A stretch of DNA of 31,604 bases from a virus (Duplodnaviria; Caudoviricetes). Where the stretch lies: the IMG/VR virus record IMGVR_UViG_3300033067_001394, positions 1-31,604 of that record. One strand, written 5' to 3'. The notes beneath the pieces were generated by a model. It saw nothing but the letters and a program-made list of their open reading frames with translations, had not been told where the DNA came from and ran no database searches. A program made the translations under genes and the position numbers. Positions 18,403 through 25,104 of this stretch are shown here, piece by piece (positions within the stretch are counted from its first letter, which is position 1; every line of letters begins with the position of its first letter).

Positions 18403-18915
18403 ATGCAGACGCTTGACGAACGGTTCTGGGCGAAGGTTCAAAAAGGCGATGGGTGCTGGCTATGGACAGCCTGCAAGGATCAGTCCGGATACGGGCGTCT
18501 TGGAGCGCGCGTCGATGGCAGTTTTTTCGTGTTCAAAGCCCACCGACTCTCCTGGGAACTGGCGCATGGTCCGATTCCAGAGGGCGTCTGCGTGCTGCAT
18601 CGATGCGACACACCTTCCTGCGTTCGACCCGACCACCTGTTTCTTGGCTCGAAGCAAGACAACTACGACGACATGGTCAACAAGGGGCGGCGACGTATCG
18701 TCTTCGGTGGCGTGGCAAAGCTCGCTGCCACCACGCCGGGGGCCTTCGCTGGTACCAAAAACCCGAGGGCAAAGCTGACGGATGAAGATGTGCGATACAT
18801 AAGACACATGTCCGATGAAGGTACGTCTCGGATCGAGCTGGCTCGAAAGTTTGGGATCACCGGCCCGGCCGTGCGCATGATCGTCACGCGCACGACCTGG
18901 CGTCACGTTGTCTAG
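18403..18915 (+). CDS. Free-standing HNH endonuclease with C-terminal HTH
   Basis: RFWAKV..GDGCWLW, AHRLSW, VLHRCDTPSCVRPDHL..G...DN, then NPRAKLT...LARKFGI. Confidence 0.92.
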   Translation: MQTLDERFWAKVQKGDGCWLWTACKDQSGYGRLGARVDGSFFVFKAHRLSWELAHGPIPEGVCVLHRCDTPSCVRPDHLFLGSKQDNYDDMVNKGRRRIVFGGVAKLAATTPGAFAGTKNPRAKLTDEDVRYIRHMSDEGTSRIELARKFGITGPAVRMIVTRTTWRHVV

Positions 18916-18927
18916 CCCGCGGCGCGG

Positions 18928-19344
18928 TCAGCGAATGGGCATGTCGCCCCAGCCGCGCGCGGTGGCGCTGGCGACGCGGGGGCCGCCCTTGCCGGCGACG
19001 GGGGCACCTGCGCTGTTCAGGGTGATCTCGCGACGCGCCAGCTTGGTGAGCCAAGAGACGGCGGCGTCGCGGTTGATCTTGAACAGCTCGTTGGAGCCGG
19101 CTTCCACGTTGAGGCCGCGGAAGCTCATGATCTGCCACATGGCGAGCCAGCAGACGTGACGCACCAGGGCGGGGTCGTAGGGCTCGGTCAGGGGCGCGGT
19201 GGCCTGGTCCGGGATGTAGTTCATGGCCTCGCCCGAGGCGTCGGCCAGGGCCTGCTCTTGCACCGCGGTGGAGACCGAGGCGAGCGCCCCGGCCGGCACG
19301 ACCTTGGCAAGCTGCGCCGTCGTCGCGAAGACGGGGGCAGCCAC
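18928..19344 (-). CDS. Head-tail adaptor, Mu gp36/DUF1320-like
   Basis: ALADASGEAMNYI...PL...LVRHVCWLA...DAAVSWLTKLARREITL. Confidence 0.8.
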   Translation of the reverse strand: MAAPVFATTAQLAKVVPAGALASVSTAVQEQALADASGEAMNYIPDQATAPLTEPYDPALVRHVCWLAMWQIMSFRGLNVEAGSNELFKINRDAAVSWLTKLARREITLNSAGAPVAGKGGPRVASATARGWGDMPIR

Positions 19345-19347
19345 GGG

Positions 19348-19797
19348 TCAGCTCCGGCCTGACCGGGAGGCGATGAGCTTGGCGGCCTTGCGCCGGGCCA
19401 CCTCGGCCTCCAGCGCCTCGGTCGAGGCCAGGCTCATGTCGACCAGCTCGCGCGCGACCACGGGGCCGGCGACGTGCTTCTCGGCCTCCTCGGCGCTGAT
19501 CTCGTTGCCGACCAGCAGCACGATCTCCGGGTCCTTGCGGCACTCGTCGATGGCGGACTGCGTGAGGACGACCTCGATGGGGTTCTCGCTCCAGAAGACC
19601 GAGATGCCCTCGCCGTCGGTGGACTTGGCGATCTGGCCGCGGAACTTCCCGCGCGCCGGGCCGCGGCCCGTGCAGACGAAGAAGCGCTCGGTGGCCGGCG
19701 CCTTGCTGGGCGCGTTGACCGCGGCGATGGTCTCGGCCATGGGCGAGGCGGGCTGGGGCTGCGCTGCCAGGGGCAGGCTCTTGTCAGCCGCCGCCAT
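19348..19797 (-). CDS. Hypothetical (Mu gp35-like position)
   Basis: ATG at 19797 overlaps the capsid stop (TGATG). Confidence 0.65.
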   Translation of the reverse strand: MAAADKSLPLAAQPQPASPMAETIAAVNAPSKAPATERFFVCTGRGPARGKFRGQIAKSTDGEGISVFWSENPIEVVLTQSAIDECRKDPEIVLLVGNEISAEEAEKHVAGPVVARELVDMSLASTEALEAEVARRKAAKLIASRSGRS

Positions 19798-20744
19798 CAG
19801 GCCACCGCCTTGGCGGCGAGCCACCAGAGGGCGACGCCAGCGACGCCACGCATGTCGATGCCGAACTCAAACTCCTTGCGCCGGTAAACCGACTCGTCGT
19901 TCGGGTTGAACATCGGCACGAGCACGGGGCTCTTGCGGTTCTGGTACAGGAACGGCTTGATCGACTTGGTGGTGTCGAGCAGGTACCAGGTGGTGGCGTC
20001 GGCGCCGAGGTCCGGGAGGACCAGCAGCTCGGCCGAGCCCTTGAGCGGGTTGGAGTACCCGCCGACGTTGGTGTCGTTGCCGAGGGTCTGCGCGGCCACC
20101 ATGTCGCTGTTGAGGATCATGCGGGCCTGCATCTCGAGCGCGGGCGGCACGACCAGCAGGTTCGGGGTGATGTTGAACCGCTCGCCGCTCTCGTCGCGGA
20201 AGTTCATCATCGCCGCGCGAACGATGCGGTAGTTGTCGAACGTCAGCGCCTTGCCGCTCGACCAGTAGTTCTGCTGGGTCGAGCCCGCGAAGCCGCCGCC
20301 GGGAAACTTGTTCACCGGGTGGCTGGCATCGAAGAAGTTTTGCCCGTCGTGACAGGCGGTGCTCTGGCCGGCGCGCATGATGTCGCGGATCAGCAGAGCG
20401 GGCTTGCGCTTGGCCTGCTGGGCGACCATGGGGAGCACGGTCTGCATCCAAACCCCGTACTGGTCGTCCTCGACCTTGTTGCGGTCGAGCTTGACGGTCA
20501 GCTCGAAGTCCTTGTTGGACAGCTTGTAGTCGTAGGTCGCCACATCGTGCGCCTGACGGTCGCCCGTCCACTCGCGCAGCTGCGGGATCTGGGCGACCAG
20601 GGGATAGATCTCGTCCTTGGTCGAGGACTGGATCACGGTGCCGACCTTCTCGACGTAGTCAGAAGAGGCGGCCTCGTAAGCCTGCTGAAACTTGATCTGG
20701 ACGTTCTGCGTGAGAATCGCCAGGTTCGAGCCGTTGATGATCAT
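19797..20744 (-). CDS. Major capsid protein, Mu gpT-like
   Basis: PQLREWTGDR, NKDFELTV..DRNKVEDDQYG, DGQNFFDASHP, LVVPPALE, WYLLDT.K.IKP; AGGAG RBS. Confidence 0.95.
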   Translation of the reverse strand: MIINGSNLAILTQNVQIKFQQAYEAASSDYVEKVGTVIQSSTKDEIYPLVAQIPQLREWTGDRQAHDVATYDYKLSNKDFELTVKLDRNKVEDDQYGVWMQTVLPMVAQQAKRKPALLIRDIMRAGQSTACHDGQNFFDASHPVNKFPGGGFAGSTQQNYWSSGKALTFDNYRIVRAAMMNFRDESGERFNITPNLLVVPPALEMQARMILNSDMVAAQTLGNDTNVGGYSNPLKGSAELLVLPDLGADATTWYLLDTTKSIKPFLYQNRKSPVLVPMFNPNDESVYRRKEFEFGIDMRGVAGVALWWLAAKAVA

Positions 20745-20759
20745 GGTGGTGTGCTCCTG

Positions 20760-21602
20760 TCAGGCGGGCGCGATGGCCACGATCAGGGTGCCGGCGGGCA
20801 CGACGACGCCTGTGCCACCCTTCGCGATGGCGAACGTGAGGACGTTGCCAGCGGCAACGGTGTTGTTGGCGAGGGTGCCGAGCGAGACCGGCACGAAGGC
20901 GGTCCAGTTGCCGGCGACCGCGGTGGTGGTGATGGTGGCGACGGTGGACGCGCCGCCGCCCGCGCCGTCGCGCTTGGCGAGGGTCAGGGTGGCGTTATTG
21001 CTCGCGTCGCCGGTCAGGGCGGCCGAGGGGGCGTACCAGGCGCCGACGATGGTGCCGGTGCGGCTGACGCGGTTGAACACCGTCTCGCTGGTGGCGGTGC
21101 CGGCGGCGCCGTCGGCGGCCACCTTGAGGTACTGCGCCTGCTTCAGCGCGGCGAGGTTGAGCAGTTCGAAGGCGCCGAGGCCGACCGAGACCCAGACGCC
21201 CGACGAGTCGAGGCCGAGGATCTGGCCAGCGGCCGAGCGGGCGCCCGAGTTGCTGGTCAGCGCGACGGTCTGGTCGTCGGCCAGGTAGCAGACGCTGCCC
21301 ACGTTGGCCTGCGCGATGGCATCGCCGGACGTGCTGTTCTCGAAGCGGAAGACCCCGAGCAGCACCTCGACGGACAGGTCGCCGTCGGCGCCGGTCGAGT
21401 TGTCGACGGTGGCCAGCGCCTTGCCGACGGCGACGAGGCCGAGGCCCGACGCGGCCGGCGCGGCGTAGCCAGCGTTCAGCGCGACGATGCTGCCGGCGTA
21501 GATCTTGGTGGAGCCCTTGACGGGCAGGTACAGCTTGGCCGGGGTGGGACCGGACGAGCCAGCAAACTGCGGCGTGAGCCGCTCAGCGGTGAGGGCGGAC
21601 AT
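20760..21602 (-). CDS. Capsid decoration/cement protein with an extra C-terminal domain
   Basis: PVKGSTKIYAGSIV...G.A...VDN..GADG...VG..CYLADDQTV; located between protease and capsid. Confidence 0.75.
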   Translation of the reverse strand: MSALTAERLTPQFAGSSGPTPAKLYLPVKGSTKIYAGSIVALNAGYAAPAASGLGLVAVGKALATVDNSTGADGDLSVEVLLGVFRFENSTSGDAIAQANVGSVCYLADDQTVALTSNSGARSAAGQILGLDSSGVWVSVGLGAFELLNLAALKQAQYLKVAADGAAGTATSETVFNRVSRTGTIVGAWYAPSAALTGDASNNATLTLAKRDGAGGGASTVATITTTAVAGNWTAFVPVSLGTLANNTVAAGNVLTFAIAKGGTGVVVPAGTLIVAIAPA

Positions 21603-21623
21603 GGTCTAGGTGGTCCTTTCCGG

Positions 21624-22361
21624 TCAGGCGGGCAGCTGGGCGCGCAGCTTGACGAAGTCGTCGACGCTGAGGCCGGACGCCTGGATGATCTTCTTCTGGT
21701 CTTCGGTGATGACGTTGGCTGCGGCGGCCTCGGTGGCGTTGCCGGCCGGGGTGGCGACCGACGACGCGGCGACGATCACGGGCTTCTTGGCGAGGTAGCC
21801 CTTGAGCCACTCCTCGTCCTTGATGCCCTGCGCGATCAGGTCATCGACCTCGGCGGGCGAGACGTTGCACTTCGGGCCGGGGGTGGCCGACGCCTTCACG
21901 AGCGCGGTCACGCGGTCTTTCTTGGCCTGGTCCTTGGCGGCCTTGTCGGACGCCTCCAGCTCGGCCACGCGGGCGGTCAGCTTGACGACGGCGCCCTGGC
22001 TCTCGCCGAGGGCCTTGAGGGCGCCGACGATGCGCGAGGCATCCTTCTCGCCCGTGGCCTCGCGGGCCGCGGCGACGATGCGCGAGGCGGCCTTGGCCTC
22101 CTCTTTCTTCTCGTCGTCGGCGGCCTTGTCGGCCTCGTCCTTCTTGCCGTCGTCGGAGGTCTTCTCGGCCTCTTTCTTTTCGGACGGCGGGGGCAGATCC
22201 TCGGCCAGCTTGGCCAGGGTCTCGCCACCTTCGGCCAGTTTGCGGCAGCGCTCGGCGAGGGCCTTGAGGTCGGCCTTTTCCTTGTCCTCGCCCTCGCCCA
22301 TCTTTTCGATGTCGTCGGCCAGCTTCAGCAGCGCGGACGCATCGACGTACTTGTCTTCCAT
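21624..22361 (-). CDS. Nested in-frame scaffold protein (Mu Z-like)
   Basis: Internal ATG (MEDKYV) preceded by AGGAG at 7 nt spacing, just after the protease domain. Confidence 0.65.
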   Translation of the reverse strand: MEDKYVDASALLKLADDIEKMGEGEDKEKADLKALAERCRKLAEGGETLAKLAEDLPPPSEKKEAEKTSDDGKKDEADKAADDEKKEEAKAASRIVAAAREATGEKDASRIVGALKALGESQGAVVKLTARVAELEASDKAAKDQAKKDRVTALVKASATPGPKCNVSPAEVDDLIAQGIKDEEWLKGYLAKKPVIVAASSVATPAGNATEAAAANVITEDQKKIIQASGLSVDDFVKLRAQLPA

Positions 22362-22841
22362 ACTGGTTCTCCTGCTCGTTGCAGTGCGTCCGCTCCGTCG
22401 GCTGGCGACGAGCGGCGTCAGGTTGTGGGTCGCCGGCATCAACGTCAGGGCGACGTTGAGGATCTCGGTGATGTGGCCGTCCTCGTCGGCCATGAACGCG
22501 GGCGAGAAGTAGCGCTGCTCCCTCGCCCGAATCATGCGCGCGGCGGTCTCGGTCCAGGTGACGCCCGTGGCCCACAGGCCATCCGGTCGGACCTGAAGCC
22601 CGGCGATCCATCCGGCGGCGCGCTGAGGTGTCCCATCAGCCTCTTCAAAGACCCCGTGGCCATAGTCCACGGAGAGGTCGTTGCCGTAGCCAACATGCCT
22701 CTCGACGCAGGCCGCGGCGTCCTCCGGGGTCAGGACAAATGTGCCCTTGGTCGTCTCGACCTGCCCCAGCGGGAACAAGCGAAACTCCGTCGGCGGCTCG
22801 GTCCCGGTGGACAGCCGAATCGGTCGTCGTGGGTAGTGCAT
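21624..22841 (-). CDS. Mu-like prohead protease (gp32/I) with C-terminal scaffold region
   Basis: DYGH, AAGWI, GLWA..V.WT, RYFSPAF and VALTLMPA motifs, then a charged helical region. Confidence 0.9.
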   Translation of the reverse strand: MHYPRRPIRLSTGTEPPTEFRLFPLGQVETTKGTFVLTPEDAAACVERHVGYGNDLSVDYGHGVFEEADGTPQRAAGWIAGLQVRPDGLWATGVTWTETAARMIRAREQRYFSPAFMADEDGHITEILNVALTLMPATHNLTPLVASRRSGRTATSRRTSMEDKYVDASALLKLADDIEKMGEGEDKEKADLKALAERCRKLAEGGETLAKLAEDLPPPSEKKEAEKTSDDGKKDEADKAADDEKKEEAKAASRIVAAAREATGEKDASRIVGALKALGESQGAVVKLTARVAELEASDKAAKDQAKKDRVTALVKASATPGPKCNVSPAEVDDLIAQGIKDEEWLKGYLAKKPVIVAASSVATPAGNATEAAAANVITEDQKKIIQASGLSVDDFVKLRAQLPA

Positions 22842-22848
22842 GGCGGTC

Positions 22849-24447
22849 CTAGGTCGGCGGGGTGCCGAAGCCCTCGGCGGCGCTCACGGGAGGCGGCTCG
22901 GCGGCGATGCCCGCGGCGGCGGCCTGGCGCCGTGTCAGCGGGTGAAACGTGGCCCGGCAGTTGAAATGCCTGGGTGGGAAATTCTGCCGCCACCACGCAT
23001 GGTCGGCGGGCAGGATGGTGCCGTTGGCGACCTTGCACCCGCTCGTGGTGCGGCCGTCGACCACGGCGTCAAACTGCCAGTACGGCCGCATCGCCAGCGT
23101 GTCCGGGTCGGTGGCCTCGGCGTGGCGCCCGGCGTTGTATGCACAGTTGCTAATGAGCAATCGTTGTGATACATACCAGCCCCCCTCGGTCTGAAGGTCG
23201 TAGACATGACCCCTGAAAAACCCGTACCCAATCTCAACGATTTGATCCGTCGTTATGAGTCCGGAGCTTCCGTGAAGGAGCTTGCCGATGAAGCCGGGAT
23301 CGGCGCGCCCGCGCTGACGCGCAGGTTCCGAAATGCTGGCGTCAAGATTCGAGGCCGGGCCGAGGCACGTCGACTGAAGGTTGCCCTGCCAGATGAGACG
23401 CAACGCATCATCGTAGAGCGCTACAAGCGAGGCGAGAGCGCCCCTGCACTGGCGAAGCAACTCGGGCTGACCACCTGGCAGGTCTATGGCTTCCTGAAGA
23501 GCATTGGCCAGAGCCGGCGAAGCGCGTCGGATGCCAAGGTTGCCGAGTGGGCGGCCCTGCCAGATCAGGCCAAGGCCGCTCGCGTTGCCACCATGGCTCC
23601 AGCCTGGGGCGCCATTCGAGGCCGGCGTGTTCCGCTGGAGGAGAAGATCAGGGCCGCGAAGACTCGGTACGAGCGGCTGCTGGGACGCGGAGAGGGCGAG
23701 GATGAACTCGCGAACGCAATCAAGGATCTTGGCCTTGACGTTGCGCAGCAGTTCGCCATCGGACCTTACAACGTCGACATAGCCATCCGTTCGAGCCGCA
23801 TCGCCGTGGAGGTCGAGAGGCCCAAGAGTCCGACTCACGGTTCGTCCAGGCTCACTAGCCAGAGAACGAAATACATCCTCGATCAAGGCTGGACGGTCCT
23901 GTTCGTTTTTTTGAACAAGGCCAAGCGCGGGTCCACCGTCGATGCCGCCAGCGCGAGCAAAGACGTTGTCTCCATTGCGGAGATGCTGCGCGGCGACGAA
24001 TCCGTAAGGGGTAAGTACGGGGTGGTTGGGAGTAACCGTGAGGTGTCGCCCGGATTTTGTTCGAAGCTGAAGAACATCCCCCGCATACCTGGCTTTTGAC
24101 GCCGCAACGAATCGCCCCTCAACCGTCTGCCCGGGGACAAGACACTGCACGTTGGTGCGAAAGATGGTCTCCAGCCGGCTGGCCGGGTTGCCCTTGCTGC
24201 CGACCCACTCGGACTGAAGCTTCTCGCCCACCGCGGCCTTGAACGCTTCGAGGTCGGTGCCCTGTTCGAGGGCGCTGTCCAGGGCCGCCTGGACGCTGGC
24301 GATCAGGTCGAGCTGCGCCGTGCCCGCGACCGTGAAGGCCCGTTTCTTGGCCTCGTCGGTCAGCGCGTCGTACTTGTCCTTGGGCATCGCCAGCCGCTTC
24401 CGGTGCCACTCGATGGCGGCTTGGGGTGCGGTGGGCGATGGGGGCAT
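22849..24447 (-). CDS. MuF/gp30-like minor head protein interrupted by an intein
   Basis: RAFTVAG, RLETIFRTNVQ | CAYNAGR, PYWQFDAVVDGRT and WW..NFPP.HFNCR motifs. The spliced product would be 199 aa. Confidence 0.92.
   Translation of the reverse strand: MPPSPTAPQAAIEWHRKRLAMPKDKYDALTDEAKKRAFTVAGTAQLDLIASVQAALDSALEQGTDLEAFKAAVGEKLQSEWVGSKGNPASRLETIFRTNVQCLVPGQTVEGRFVAASKARYAGDVLQLRTKSGRHLTVTPNHPVLTPYGFVAAQHLRNGDNVFARAGGIDGGPALGLVQKNEQDRPALIEDVFRSLASEPGRTVSRTLGPLDLHGDAARTDGYVDVVRSDGELLRNVKAKILDCVREFILALSASQQPLVPSLRGPDLLLQRNTPASNGAPGWSHGGNASGLGLIWQGRPLGNLGIRRASPALANALQEAIDLPGGQPELLRQCRGALASLVALYDDALRLIWQGNLQSTCLGPASNLDASISEPARQRGRADPGFIGKLLHGSSGLITTDQIVEIGYGFFRGHVYDLQTEGGWYVSQRLLISNCAYNAGRHAEATDPDTLAMRPYWQFDAVVDGRTTSGCKVANGTILPADHAWWRQNFPPRHFNCRATFHPLTRRQAAAAGIAAEPPPVSAAEGFGTPPT
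23146..24144 (-). mobile_element. Intein, 333 aa
   Basis: Block A CLVPGQTV (C1 codon 24142-24144), block B LTVTPNHP, block F HVYDLQT, block G LLISN followed by Cys+1. Removing it restores the MuF motif RTNxxxAYNAGR. Confidence 0.93.
23206..24099 (+). CDS. HTH-HTH + DUF559/Vsr-like endonuclease, antisense within the intein
   Basis: ATG with GAAGGT 7 nt upstream. Two repeats RRYESGASVKELADEAGIG / ERYKRGESAPALAKQLGLT, then E..L...G....Q..IGPYNVDIAI...IAVEVE...R...I...GWTVL. Confidence 0.82.
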   Translation: MTPEKPVPNLNDLIRRYESGASVKELADEAGIGAPALTRRFRNAGVKIRGRAEARRLKVALPDETQRIIVERYKRGESAPALAKQLGLTTWQVYGFLKSIGQSRRSASDAKVAEWAALPDQAKAARVATMAPAWGAIRGRRVPLEEKIRAAKTRYERLLGRGEGEDELANAIKDLGLDVAQQFAIGPYNVDIAIRSSRIAVEVERPKSPTHGSSRLTSQRTKYILDQGWTVLFVFLNKAKRGSTVDAASASKDVVSIAEMLRGDESVRGKYGVVGSNREVSPGFCSKLKNIPRIPGF

Positions 24448-24449
24448 GG

Positions 24450-24803
24450 CTAGGGTCGATGGACAAAGGTGACCGACTCGGTAGGCGCAAAGGCGAGCAT
24501 GGTGCGCTTCAGCCCGAAGGACTCGGCCAGCGGCACGAGCCTCACGTCGTCGCTGACCAGCAGCGTCAGCAGCATCTCGCCGCGACCGCCGCCGAGGGCG
24601 CAGGTGATGCCCACCTGTCGGACCTTGGCCAGTGCCTTATCGGTCGCCTTGGTCCACCGCTCGTCGTGGCCCGGACCCGAGCGGTAGTGCAGCATGGCAA
24701 ACAGGCGGTGGCCCTTGGCCGCCTCCTGCTTGGCGATGTAGTCCGCGTGGGGCTGGAGCTTGCCGAGGGCTTCCCGGGCGTCGTTCCTGGTCTGGTCGCT
24801 CAT
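24450..24803 (-). CDS. Hypothetical protein
   Basis: 117 aa filling the gap before MuF. Confidence 0.6.
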   Translation of the reverse strand: MSDQTRNDAREALGKLQPHADYIAKQEAAKGHRLFAMLHYRSGPGHDERWTKATDKALAKVRQVGITCALGGGRGEMLLTLLVSDDVRLVPLAESFGLKRTMLAFAPTESVTFVHRP

Positions 24804-24834
24804 GCCGGCCAGCGTGCGCCCACGCGGCGAGGGG

Positions 24835-25104
24835 TCACCACAGGACCGTGATCTTCTGCGCCGTGGTGGTGGCCGAGATGATCGCCAGGGCCTGGATCAT
24901 GATGGTCTCGCCATCGACCAGACCGGAGATGGTAACCGAGGCACCGTCACGGGCGCGGGTGACGGTGAGGTCGCCGCCGGTCCCGATCCGGATGGCCCGG
25001 CAGGGGCCGCGCGCCGTCTCGAACGTGACGTTGCTGACGAGGGCGCCGCTGGTCGCATAGCTCTCGAAGTCGGGGCTGGAGATCAGTTTGTCAGCGAGGC
25101 TCAT
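24835..25104 (-). CDS. Head spike base protein-like (RcGTA Rcc01079 type)
   Basis: 89 aa; RAIRIGTGGDLTV...DG..VT...G....I......TTA..I..LW pattern recognised from memory. Confidence 0.65.
   Translation of the reverse strand: MSLADKLISSPDFESYATSGALVSNVTFETARGPCRAIRIGTGGDLTVTRARDGASVTISGLVDGETIMIQALAIISATTTAQKITVLW

Noticed and set aside
20319-22964. 881-aa plus-strand ORF (similarly 25547..27154, 15572..17095, 12296..13870, 27184..28263)
   Set aside because: Antisense shadows of GC3-rich genes with no recognisable motifs. This shows that an open antisense frame alone is not evidence here; the intein-internal ORF was accepted because of its motifs and RBS.
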